Source of the DNA: Podarcis vaucheri
Taxonomy: Eukaryota
Direction: 5' to 3' (one strand)
DNA: 64,000 nt
Assembly (NCBI GenBank): GCA_965113315.1
Contig: OZ220365.1
Of this stretch, positions 25,879-38,700 are shown piece by piece. Under the pieces are notes generated by a model. It searched no databases. It worked only from the letters and a program-made list of their open reading frames with translations, and had not been told where the DNA came from. Made by a program: the position numbers and the translations under genes. Position 1 is the first letter of the stretch. Each line of letters starts with the position of its first letter.

Positions 25879-27124
25879 TACTTACATTCTGTATTTCTGG
25901 GGATCCAAATCTATTAGGATTGTCACCATGTTGCATACCAGGAAAACATCTAAAAGCAGCACTCCTTAGAACAGATTACAAATCACAGGGACTAACAGTT
26001 TTTGGGACATGGGTCACAAATTTAGACAACTACAAGTATAATTTAAGCAGTCACTACAGTACTCAAGCAGCAACCAGAGCCTTGGGGGCAGTTTTTCCTT
26101 TAGTCTGCTGGCATGTCAGCAGAGGGGCTGGTGGTTCAGGCTTGACGATATCAGAGCCAAGAATCGGAAGTCCTCCTGCTCCTCTCAAAGTGTGCCATAA
26201 ACTCCTGTTGCCCGTGCCACCTGAGGCACTCTTGCAATCCAGGAGATGAGCAGTAAGTGAAGTGACACTTAACACTGAAGTTGGAAGCAAAAGCAAATCT
26301 TCTAACACAGAGACGCAATGCTATAAATGTAAACACTTCTTAGACACTACTTTGAGAGTTAAAAGTTCACAGCATGGCAGGAAGGATAAAGGCCAGGTAT
26401 CTGAGAAACCTTGGAAGGAATACAACATTGTGCTAAGGTGAATGTTCCGTCAGGGGAAGCATTTCAGTTTGCCAGAAGCAATGATCCCCTCACTCTTCCC
26501 GGAATACATTGTTCTAGGGGTTTTCCTGAACTCCCCAAGCCAATTTCACAGGGGGCACGGGGGGGGGGACTAAGGAGGGGGGACCCCATTGTGCAAGTCA
26601 AGTCATTGCACAGGGCTTCCACTACTGAGAATCTTGCCCCTGCTGTTTGTGCATGCAGAGCAGATAGTGGCCTTGGCTTAATAAAGAGAGTTTTGAACAA
26701 GCCTTTTGCCTGTGCATGCAGCCTCTTCACTCCTTTTTCAGTGTGAGCCATCAAACCAGGAAGTCTCTAATTAACCAGAGCTTCCTGTTTACTCTGAAAC
26801 AGTTAACTACGGCTACTAACTTCAAAATGAGCCACAACCTTAAACCAGATCTTGGCTTTTTGCGAAGTTGTTAACAATAGTTTACATAAGAATTATTAAG
26901 CCCAGATGAGACTGTTTGAACACAGCCACTGTCATTTAACATACTCTAGAGAGGAAGCAAGCACAATGAAGAGCCTCATGACAAATAAAGAATAAAAGAT
27001 CATGAAGAGCTTTCATGGCCGAAGATCCTTTTTTGTCAGCTGCATGAAGAGGCTATTCTATTTTCTGGGGTGGTGGTTTGGGCTGAAAGAAGTGAGGTCA
27101 GAAGAAAACGAAATGCAACAGGTA

Positions 27125-27350
27125 CAGTGGTACCTCGGGTTACATACGCTTCAGGTTATAGACTCTGCTAACCCAGAAATAGTGCTTCAGGTTAAGAGCT
27201 TTGCTTCAGGATAGGAACAGAAATCGTGCTCCAGCAGCACGGTGGCAGAAGGAGGCCCCATTAGCTAAAGTGGTGCTTCAGGTTAAGAACAGTTTCAGGT
27301 TAAGAACAGACCTCCGGAACGAATTAAGTACTTAACCCGAGGTACCACTG
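27125..27350. mobile_element. Tc1/mariner (Tigger/pogo-like) MITE
   Basis: Perfect 18-bp TIR cagtggtacctcgggtta / taacccgaggtaccactg with TA TSD. Confidence 0.9.
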
Positions 27351-29120
27351 TATTGGCTGTAATAATTATGCTGAAGTTTTAATGTATGGGAAATTGGTAC
27401 AATGACCATTTATTAAGCAGTGTTGATAACACAAACATGGGTAAACTTACAGAACAGATTAATCATATGTTATCAACTTTCTATAATAACTGACATTCAA
27501 TAATGCCTAGAGAAGAGTTAAAAAACAAAATGGAAATAAAGAAGGTAGAAATTCCTCCTTTCGAAAGAACTAATTCTTGCCATATTTTGCTGTCGGGGAA
27601 GTATTACTCATTTTCCTTAACGAAAATTGACAATATAAAAGCTGAAATAAAAACTTAAAGGCAAAAATGTACAAGTGCAAAGTTCCAGCTATCTGTTTTG
27701 CTATATGCACAGATGCAAACAAACAAAATCAAGGTATGCCTTCCAAAAATTAACTTTTCAGTTTTAAAAATATTTTCAACAGATATAGCCCCATGTTTTG
27801 GAGTGGTGGAGGGGAGCAGGTACAAAACTAAAATGTGTCCTGATAAAGTGGTGGAAATTAAGAACCCCAGAAATCAGAATTATACATCTGAAAAAGACAA
27901 TCCTATTATTATTATTATTATTATTTGACACAGAAATGAGTAACTTAGAGTTTCAATGTTTATTACTATTTTCTGCTATTTAAATTTTAAATTCAGCTGC
28001 TATAGTTGCTCAAAGTTACAGAAATATACAGAAATCCACAAATTCTTCATTAATGTTAGCCTAACCTGTATTGGTATGGATAATTTCCTTTTTTTGCCTT
28101 CCAGCTATGACATATATGTAGAAAGAACTTGTACCCACAGAAGATAAATAAAATTCATTCTTCAGCAGCTGAGTAGTATTCCCAAAGAATACTATAATAA
28201 TAACAATCTTTCTGGCTTGTACTAGCTTGCCAGTAGAACGGGTAAGTCACAACTTTTATTAACCCCACACTGATGACTCCTAAATGGAATCTGTCCTTCA
28301 AACTTCTTAAGCAGCAATACACAGAGAGATATTTTGAAACACTTGTAGTATCAAAATTAGCAATTTCTCAGCAGACCTGACATAAGGTGCCTCTACGTTG
28401 TTTTAAAAATTGAGGAGCAACAAGGTCAAGCTGACCCTTATTCTAAACACTTCCACAGTTAGCCTTTCAGGGGTGTTTTTTTTACTTATAATTTTGTTCT
28501 GTATATAACTTTGCATCCTCAACTAGACAAAGCTGGAAAATATTAATAGTGAAAATATCAGATTTTTAAAATAGTCTATACATTCTTTAATAATGTTCTC
28601 AGTAATTTGTTTCGGTATCTCCATTGTCTGGGACTTACTGCAATGGAAAAGATACCAAAGAATTTAATCAGCTAACAACAGAGGGCCAGCTCCCGGGATT
28701 TGCTTTTTGCTTACATGGACTCTGCTAATATTGTTTGTATATGCCATGACCAACACATAAAATCTCCCCAATGGCAGTGCACTGTTTATTGAATTTATAA
28801 TGCACTGAACAAACAATATAGCATTTTATTTATTTATTTATATTTAACAAAATGTATATACTGCTTGACTAATAAAACATCAAAGCGGTTTGTAAAAAAA
28901 TATTAAAATTATCTATTAAAAAGCAAGTAATTAAAAGCATTTTAAAGAGAATTAAAATTAACAGTGAAAGATTAAAACAAATCAACATATATATGTCTGG
29001 ATAGGCTAGCTTAAACAAAGTTTTCATTTCCTGCTTAAAACGTTTTCGTATATAGAGTTGTTGAGTGAGAAGGGACTCCAAGCGTCATCTAAGTCCAAGG
29101 TAATGTAGACTAGTGTAGCA

Positions 29121-29364
29121 AAGAAGAGTTTGGATTTGATATCCCGCCTTTCACTCCCCTTAAGGAGTCTCAAAGCGGCTAACATTCTCCTTTCCCTTTC
29201 TCCCCCACAACAAACACTCTGTGAGGTGAGTGGGGCTGAGAGACTTCAAAGAAGTGTGACTGGCCCAAGGTCACCCAGCAGCTGCATGTGGAGGAGCGGA
29301 GACGCGAACCCGGTTCCCCAGATTATGAGACTACTGCTCTTAACCACTACACCACACTGGCTCT
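29121..29364 (-). mobile_element. Squam3-type tRNA-derived SINE
   Basis: Head GCCAGTGTGGTGTAGTGGTTAAGAGC, B box GGTTCGCGTC, core GGTGACCTTGGGCCAGTCAC, CTT-type tail. Confidence 0.85.
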
Positions 29365-29559
29365 ATGTGATGTCAACAGGCAGGGAGTTTCAAAGGGCAG
29401 GTGCTGCTACATTAAAAGATCAACTTCTTACAACTGTGGAATGAGCATCATGTGACATCTGCAATAGTGCCAGGTCCACAGATCTAAGTGGCTGAGTGGG
29501 CATATATGGGGTAAGGTGATCTCACATGTAAATTGGTCCCAAGCTGTTAAGGGCTTTAT

Positions 29560-29649
29560 CATAGCTGTCAACTTTCCCCTTTTCTTGCGAGGAATCCTAT
29601 TCGGAATAAGGGAATTTCCCTTTTAAAAAGGGAATAGTTGACAGCTATG
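29560..29649. mobile_element. 90-bp MITE with CATAGCTGTCAACT TIRs and 6-bp TSD
   Basis: 14-bp perfect TIR. TSD ctttat / ctttac. Its removal restores the host L2 reading frame. Confidence 0.85.
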
Positions 29650-31591
29650 CTTTACATACCAATAGTAACACAATGAACTTGGCCTGGTAACAAATCAGGA
29701 ACCAGTGCAGACCTCTGAGCAGAAGTGCTATATGCTTAGTTTCTGGGCCAAACAGCAAGGGAAGACTCACAGAAAGAGCACTGAAGTAATCCAAACTTAA
29801 AGTCACCCGTGCTTGAGCTCTCCTGGTCCTGTAATGGTCACAGCTGTTGTATCAGGTGTAGCTGGTAATAGATGCTCCTAGCCATTGAGGATACCTGGGC
29901 CTCCAGTGAAAAAGCTGGATCCAGAAGCATCCCCAGACTGCGTACCTGCTCCTTGAGGGCAGTGCAACCCTATCCAGGGCCAGCAGTTGACCCATATTTC
30001 AGACATGGGAACCATTCAACCACCGTGGCTCTGTTTTGCCAGGATTCGAGCTCAGCCTATTTAGGCACAGGAAGTGCTTTTTCTTTGGCACGGAGTTATG
30101 GACATCACACTAAACAAGAGGCTGCTTCCTGGGTGGGGTGGAGCCACTCTGTTAGCTTCCCAGCAGGCAGGGTGCTGTTGTTTACCGGGAGGGAGAGGTA
30201 GAGGGGAGAAGCAGCAGGAATAATATTTGTCAGGCCATGAATGTGGTAGTATAGATTAAGCTACTACATGGCCCATCCCTGCTTGAGGAACTTAAAATGT
30301 AATAGTTGCAAACATGTCAAGGTAGTTTCAACATAAGCACCGGCCTGGCTTATAGCAGTCCCTGACATGCCCACTTCAGATATAGCCTAATAATTATAAT
30401 CTCCACTGCCCTATCCATGCTTCATGTGCCCTTCCAAAATCCATATTTATCAAGCTTTCCTGCTGTGTATTTTCTAAAGTAGATAATTTACAAAGTGTTG
30501 TGTTATTAAAATATTATGGTAGTGCAGTTAATAGGTCTGGAAATGGGTCTGCTAAGCACCCTGTGGTTAACATGCTGACTAAGCTGCAAATTAGCATCTT
30601 CTATTCTCATCTCTGAATGCATCAACAAACATTTGGGAGCTCAAAAAGGCCATCAAGGAACTCTTACTTTGGAAAAGAATGCAACTTGCACACAGAGAAC
30701 AGGATGGGGGTTCTTTGGTTTGTCACTCTGAATTTATTTGCATGTTTTCAAGTGGACTTTTCTGCAAATGTAACTGTAATTAAGTTTATGAACTTTAAAT
30801 GAAACAGGAACATATCCAGTGAGGATACTAGGTGCCTGCAAAGGAACCTCAAAGGACAACACTGCCTAGAAAAAGAAAACTATGCTGGATTGAACATATA
30901 AACCCATAAGTATTTGGATTTGAAGATATTACTGGAAGACCAGAAGCAGGCTGTTAAAAATAGTATCTTTAAGTCTTTATGGTGCATTTTAGTTAGCACA
31001 TAATGACTGCTTAAAGAGAAGGAAAATGCTTTCTACTAAAGTGTGATACAAACACTCAATATCTGTAATTTCTATTTATATTTTTATATATAACACACCC
31101 ACAGACCAAGCGAAGTTAAAAGGTCAGCATGTTGCTTCCAGTGTGATATGAAACAAAAAAATTACTTCTTCAATTAAAACTTAAGAGTTTGAAGAAGAAA
31201 ATAAATAGATTTTTTTTATTATCTGTGAGTATATTCTTCAGAGAGACACTAACAAGCTCCTTCATTCAAACTGTGACAGAAGCAATAATAGAATAGCATC
31301 TAGTGCAAACATCATGCTTGGCAAACAGAATGTACAGAGACATGTTACAATGACGGCGGTTCTCATCATTTAGCTCACATTTTACTGAGAAAGCCCCCCA
31401 AAAAATGTTTAAATCACAAGCTTGTATGCACTAAATGTTCTGCAGTGATGGCCTGCTTTATTATGTTGATTTAACTAGACATATGTAAAAACCCTTAGTT
31501 ATAACTGTACAGACAGTTTGGCCATTTAATTCATACCTAATGCACATCATGAAAGAATAATATTAGGCGAATGCACAGATTACTCTGAATA

Positions 31592-31956
31592 AAGGTAAAG
31601 GTAAAGGTACCCCTGCCCTTACGGGCCAGTCTTGACAGACTCTGGGGTTTGTGCGCCCATCTCACATTTATTGGCCGGGGGCCAGCGCTGTCCGGAGACA
31701 CTTCCGGGTCACGTGGCCAGCGTGACAACGCTGCTCTGGCGAGCCAGAGCCGCACACGGAACGCCGTTTACCTTCCCGCTGGTAAGCGGTACCTATTTAT
31801 CTACTTGCCCCCGGGGGTGCTTTCGAACTGCTAGGTTGGCAGGCGCTGGGACCGAGCAGCGGGAGCGCACCCCGCCGCGGGGATTCGAACTGCCGACCTT
31901 TCGATCGGCAAGCCCTAGGCGCTGAGGCTTTAGCCCACAGCGCCACCCGCGCCCCT
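31592..31956 (-). mobile_element. Young full-length Sauria SINE
   Basis: Near-identical to 22908-23265. Perfect 12-bp TSD ttactctgaata (31580-31591 / 31957-31968). Confidence 0.95.
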
Positions 31957-32674
31957 TTACTCTGAATACACAGCAACAAATTTGGTTCCTCTAACAGAGT
32001 ATTGACATCTGGAGACAGGGTGTACATTGCTATTGGGGAAAAAAGAACTGGAGTATTTCTCTGTTATGTAGTTCAAGGTGCCTCATAAGCAATTCCTATA
32101 ATTGCTGCTATGTTGCAAAGGATCCCTTGGTTTCCTGATGAATCACTGCGTTTGATCCTCCCTCCTCCAATAAAGAACTATCTGCGCATGACCCCTCAAG
32201 GTACCATGTACAGATCCCTGAATTCAAACACAGCTGTTCTTCACATTGCAGTGAGCAGAGAAACCTTTACAAGAATGGAAGCTCAAGACTAGACACTGGG
32301 ACTCCCCCATGTGTGAGGAGTCACTAGAATTGACCCATGCCTTTAATATCAGATGAATGATGCATTTGTTGGCACAAAAGCAGAAACACGGAGCTACTGC
32401 CCAGAAGGAAAATCCAACAAACTGATATATCTTTACTTGGATGTATAATTGACCTTTATAACCTACCTCTTCACACATGGAGTACAAAGCTTTAGTATAC
32501 TTGTGAAGGGATTTAAGAGTCTGGACTTTTTGTAAGGTTGCAGCCACTTCCAATACTGTACAGATTTCATTATTTTTTCTCTACACCGGTGCAAGCTGCA
32601 TCACAACAACATGACCCAGATTCCCCCCCCCCGACATACAAGTGTGGGGTGGGGCAGTTTGTAAGAGTCCTTAC

Positions 32675-32845
32675 CACAGCGACATGATCCCAGTTCCTGC
32701 TGTACCAGCTCCAGTTTTGTTTGGCACTGGAAACACCTGCGTCTGCTCTTCTGTTTAGAACGGCTAATTTCTTCAGGCCTGTCATGACTGTCCTCCAATA
32801 ATCGTGGCCGCTTCTCAGGAGATGCCTCGTTCTCCGACTGTGAAT
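32675..32845 (-). CDS. ZFAND3: ZFAND3 coding exon 5 (171 nt; (D)SQSENEASPEKRPRLLEDSHDRPEEISRSKQKSRRRCFQCQTKLELVQQELGSCRC), N-terminal half of the AN1 finger
   Basis: Peptide SKQKSRRRCFQCQTKLELVQQELGSCRC is characteristic of ZFAND3. Acceptor aacag|AT, donor G|gtaagg. Basic clusters KRPR and KSRRR present. Confidence 0.97.
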
Positions 32846-35692
32846 CTGTTGTTTTATGAGAAACATTGGAGCACAGTGTTAGCTTTTCTTCCGTGAGGCC
32901 TTTACTTTAGTCACGAATTAATGATGTGCATATAGCATCGCTGGCAAACTGTGTGTTTCTTTTTATCCCCTTGCATATATATAAACCCAATTAGTAGTCA
33001 AAACAGGCACCAGGTAAAGATGCTATTAGCTTTGTTCCCCACAAGGCCCCTTCCTGGTTTACAAAACCAAATGCAAAATGAGTTGGCGTACTCTTACTCT
33101 CAATTGGTTGTGGCTCTGACTTTGTGATGACACATGGAGAGAAAACACCAGCCTAGGCAACTACAAGCCTTGCTTTTCATTTCATTTGTAGATTTTCCTA
33201 TACATCTTCAGCCTCCCCACTGTCATGACTACATACAAACCAATTCTGCTTCTGAAGAAAAAACAATTGAACGCAAATTCAGCCTATTTCCTGGCTGAGC
33301 GGGAGAGAGATTTTTAGGGCACAGTGTGCTAGCTGCAGCTCCAATAACCACGACGGCACATGAAAGCACCGTACTGTGCCTCCCTCTCTCTACAAGAACA
33401 ACAATTTAAATGTAAATGATTATACACAGACAAGATAAACTAAACACAACATGTACCTACCGCTACAGATCCAAAATCCTTTGAGGATCTCTCTTTAAAG
33501 CCAGTCAAGGTACTACATATTTTAATAACCTTATTTGTAATTTTTGCTCTCCCGGAAAACTAATGTTATTGAGAAGGAGTGGAGATAGGAAAAAAATTGC
33601 TTTACAAAGCTGTAAATTGAAAGGTACTTCAGGTAAGCCACCTACAGGAAGAGGGAAGCTAACACATTTAATGCCCATAACATTCAGAATGCCACAGTGT
33701 GGAAAGAGGCATTTTCAAACCTACAATCCACATCAAAAGATGTGTCGAGTGAGGACCAAGTGATTAGACTGCCCAGCTGGAATCTATATAATGGCCTCGT
33801 TTGCTTGTAATAGTAAGCCATAGTTAAACAATAGTTTACCAGGATCGAACACGTTGCTCAAATTACGCCTGCCTGCCCCACTTTGTCATGCAGGGAGGAA
33901 AGAAATAAGAATGCTGATTTAGTATTATGTGTGACCCATGGTTTCATCATTGCTTTTTCTCATGGTGTGCTTGGGAAAAAACAAACTACGAATGCCTGTT
34001 TACATACAATGTTAAGGCAGTGCTTGGGATGTTTTCTACACTGCAAGGCAAAGTGAGGAGGGTGTCATATGGTGTGATTTGCGTACTGTGTATTAGCATT
34101 CTTCATGTGATTTATTATATTTCTATGCTGCTTTTTATTCACATGAATCACAAAGCGGCTTACAAACAATAAATAGCAATAACAGAACAGAACATCACAA
34201 ATACAACATAAATCATGTAGCATAATTAACAAATCTTTAGTAAAACAATTATAAATCATCAGTAAAACAACTACAGTCTATAAAAAACTACTAACACAAC
34301 AACAACAAAAATAGGCAACGGCACAATTACAACAAAAGTCATATCATAGGATTCACAAAGTACTACAGAATTCATAATCCATAAAACAGTATTAACAACA
34401 TTAACGAAATGGCAACCAATAAAATAAACTAAGCACTGTTTAATTCATATACACACACTCCCCACCCCCATGACTCATATTCTTCCACTCTATTCATTCA
34501 GTTTATTAAAAGACACGTGCACATAATGCATGTGGCAACAACTCTGTTCCAAAGGTTCCTCTCTTCCCTCACTGTTCTTCCTCTGAAGCTTCCCTGTGAA
34601 GGCTCCTAGGGCCAGAGGGTGGGAAAGGCAGGTGGAAAAGGCCACTGCCTGGTGGCCAGCACAAAGTCTCTCTCCCCTTACCATAGTTTCATTCACTCTG
34701 GCTTATTACATGCAAAGCAGGCCATTGTATTTAATCTACTCTACTCTCTCTCTCTTTCTATGTGTAGTATATTACATTTTGATCAAAATCAAGTGTACAA
34801 ACTAACTGCAAGTTAAATTTCTAAATATTTCTAATAACGTAGTGCAAGTGAAAGGTTATGCATTAACTAGATAAGCCAGCACTTCCCCGTTCTGCATTTC
34901 AAACCACGAGAGGGCTAACATAAGGCTATCATCCAATAGTATTTTTAAAAGCAGAATGGCATATTCAGCCCTAGACTTTGAGATTATATGTAACATTAAC
35001 TATTCAATGTGTTGCATGCCTAAAGCTCTGTGAGAATAGTTCAGTAAGATTTTAGGTCTCTGGATACACCTGATAAAGCAATTTGGTTACTACAACAAAC
35101 ATCTTACATAATAGCATGTAGAGACAGAGTGTGTGGCGTGATGGGAAAGTTTTAAACTTGCTGCCTGAGTTACTAAGCAATTGCCCCATACAGGCTCCCT
35201 GCATCTTCTGGGTTATCATAAAGGGGAAACAGATGAAAGTGCCATACTCCCCATTCTCCTAGTGTGGAATCTTTAGTCTTATGATATGATGAACAGCAAT
35301 GATGCTGAGAGAAATGTTCCTTTACTCTCCCATCCAGGTATCTTGAAAGAATGGGAAGTGGAGCGGGACATCTGGAGATGGCAAAAGACTAAGAGGGAAT
35401 GGGACTACTGTCTTTCCAAGTCACAGCAGTAGAGGCTTCAGAATATGTTAATGTGTTCATTGGAAATATTTTATAAATAGATAATGGTTAATTAAGCAGC
35501 TTAAAGCAACAGCACTCTAGTGGATCTTTTCATTGTAAGCCAGAGTTGACTAATATTAATAGATTATATATAATATATACACACTATCAATGTTTAATTG
35601 TTTCTATGATTATTTTTTTACATTTTTAATTGTTCTTATTTTTAGCTGTAAGCTGTCTTGAGTCCCTGCTAGGGAGAAAGGCAGGGTATTAT

Positions 35693-35729
35693 AACAACAA
35701 CAGCAGCAGCAGCAGCAACAACAACAACA
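35693..35729. repeat. (CAA)/(CAG) trinucleotide tract, probably the tail of a short LINE/SINE 3' fragment
   Basis: Directly visible. Preceded by gagaaaggcagggtattata, similar to L2-type 3' ends. Confidence 0.75.
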
Positions 35730-38700
35730 GGCACCTAGTATAATTGGAGTATGCCTACATTTATCTCATTTATTAAATAAATTTATATTCCACTTTTCTA
35801 TTTCTCAAAGAACACATAAATAATATGATTGTTTTACCAAAGAATTGCTGCTAGTGTCCAATGTCTTGCGGCACCTTCATTTTGAAAGTAACACATATAT
35901 AACATGTGCTCAAACACTCCTAAATGTGAACAAACACAAACAGGTATGCCATTTGCCTCTCACCTGGCCATTCATACTAATGGAAGCGAATTTCCATACA
36001 AGGAGATCCCAAGATCCCATCCCCACTCTTCATGGTTAGAAAGCAAGTAATGAGGCTGGTTACAACACAGGTGTTTTTTTTTTTTGGGGGGGGCTGTAAG
36101 CGCAAGGCAGAGTTCTGTGCTCATTCACCCTGTGCCAAGAAGGCTGACTTCAGTGGTCAAGACACAGAGGAAAGCCGGGGCTTGTATTGTGTTCATGAAA
36201 TGGGCTCCCATGCCCAGGAAGGAACAACAACAAACAGAATAGGTAGTGGACAAACCAGTGTCCAGAGATTATGTCACACTGTGAGAATCTATCCACCTAT
36301 CCTCACTTTCCATACAAAGCAAAATACTTTTTAATCAAGACAGGCATGAACATAGAAAAGTTGAATTTCTACAACTGTCACTCACCTCTGCTTCTTTGTT
36401 ATGTAGCCCCATGCCCCAAATGACATGCTTAAACTAATGTCGATTCTGGCCTGGTTCACTCATGACATTAGACCGTAGTTAAAAACAAACTAAGGTTGAA
36501 ATGTAAAAGCGCAGCATGTTGCTGCACATTGCTAAAAGTTCTCTCTCCATGCCCTCCTCAGCTGCCTAGATACAAGCCAGAGTCTGAGTTGTGATATCCA
36601 AACCATGAGGCCAGGTTGGGGTAACACTATGCTGAGGAACCTGGTGAGATCTCACTGGAGAACAGGGGGTGGGAAGAGAGAGAGAAAGGAAGGGTGGTCT
36701 TTACCACAGTGTACTGCTGCCACAACACAAGTGAAAAGAAGGATTTCACTAGTGTACAGTTTCTAAGGATGCACATTCTTCTAATTGTAGATACTCTGCA
36801 ATATTGGAAAAAGGTGAAATTAAGTCACTCAGAAGATCAAAATTTCTAATGCATTCTTGAAGCAGAGGACTTGCCTTAAAAACTGTTTTGTCTCTGGCTG
36901 CAAGTTACATTTGTTCCTTACGGTCACTGTTCATGCCTTTATTATTCAGTGTTCTCGTCTCATAATTCTGAAATGAATTGTGTCAGGACTTGTCAGTGCT
37001 GAATTTCAATCTCTTAATCTCCTGACACAGTACAGTTTACAACATGCACACACATAGCTTCCCTAACAGCAATTGTGGCACTTCCCTGATGTTTCAGAGA
37101 ATTATTTTCCTCAACAGAGATAAGAATGGGGAAGATGAACAAGGGAATATGTAAACAGGAAGGAAGAGAGAAAAAGATAGAAAGTATCAAGGGAGAAAAA
37201 ACTCCTCAATCTCTACTTGCTTCTCAAGAAAGGACTCGTTAGATTAATCTCTGGCATGATGACAGTATTTGAGGCATGGCTTTCAAGGGAGGTTTTTTTT
37301 TTTAAAGACCTATCATAGCCTGAGAGATTGACATTTATGATCCCAACCACTGTGCAAACATCAGTAAGGGCAATAACTAATGAGCCTTCAAACATCACTG
37401 CCACAGTTCCTCCGACTATTTAAAAAAGGAACTTAAGATATCAAAATGAAATCCATCAAGAATTCTGCACATTAGGCACTGGTTGTAGAGGGAAGAAGGG
37501 ATGGAAGAAGAAAAATAAAGGAAGGAAAAGACACAGGAAACCAGAAGCAAGAAGCGACAGTAAGAGTGCTGGGCCATGAACAAACAATGACTTGATCAGG
37601 TGGTTTGCTGAGGAATGAGAGAAGACAAAGAACAAACACCAGAATCTATACTTTTCCATATAAAAATGTCTGTAGACAGCTCATGGTTTTAAGAAATAGG
37701 CAACACTCTTTTGGTTAGAGGAATCTGCTTGGCCCACTGAAGAAATTTATTCAGAACAAGCGCTACTTCAATTTTCATGTATACACAATTTATTAACAAA
37801 CAATATTTTGCCTTGAGTCTTAATTGCTACAAACTTGGAACTGTGGAACCAAGATCTTTGCAAGGTATGTGATGTGTATTTCAAAGGCGAAATCATAGCC
37901 TTTGAAATCTGCATTTGCTTGTAGCTGCTAGAAACTAAAAACATAAGACAACAATTTTTAAGAAGTTATTGCTTATTTCCCAGCTATAGCTGTGTAGAAG
38001 AGATTGTACACACATTCCATTTCTAGTTTCCATTTGTGTTTTTTAAAAAATACATTTAAAATGGCCCTTTTACAATAGAGAATTTGAAAATTGCTTTTAA
38101 AAATAAAACACTTATTATACTTAACCTTATTTTGAATTATTTCTGCAATGAGAAAGGCTGAAACAGAAAACTTGGTTTGCATAGAAACAGCCAATTTATG
38201 ATTTTAACCAGTCCTCAACAACAAATTATTCCGAAGAAAGTCTCTGCTGCTGACTAAGAGAAATATCTAATATTCAGCCATTGACTTAAACTACCCCAGA
38301 GAAACAGCTTTATAACTGGTAAATCAATGATATACCAACCATGGCATGATGATTAAAAATTAAGCATACAAAAAGTGTTGTACACAACTATTGTAGAACT
38401 GAAGAGAATACCTAATACAAAAGTACAGAGTAAAATGATTTAGAAATCATCTGCTGCAGTGCAGGAGGAAAGATAATAGGTGATCACCACCCAGGGCAGT
38501 AATGGACCTGACCAAGTCATACTCATTAATTTCAATAGATCTAATATGAGTAAGAAGTTGAATATCACCCAAAGTATTTGTAAAAGCATATTTGCTGATA
38601 TGTCATCATATGTTATTTATATATGTCAATATTTTATATATGAAATTGTTTTACTTTTTATATATGTAATTGTTTTTTAGAGTTAAATCACTGCAAGGTG

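Larger units (their letters stand above)
28824..30060 (-). mobile_element. Old L2-clade LINE 3' fragment interrupted by younger insertions
   Basis: Minus translation HIALLLRGLHWFLICYQAKFIVLLLVCKALNSLGPIY aligns with the L2 HWLP motif at 51487+. (TAAA)-like tail near 28824. Confidence 0.75.

Noticed and set aside
25647-26249. Longest ORF in the track (200 aa)
   Set aside because: Starts inside a GC-rich MITE and runs into ordinary intron, antisense to ZFAND3. No recognisable domain.
32601-32674. ORF continuation GKDSYKLPHPT... after CRC
   Set aside because: Read-through past a consensus donor (G|gtaagg). The true frame continues at 8990.
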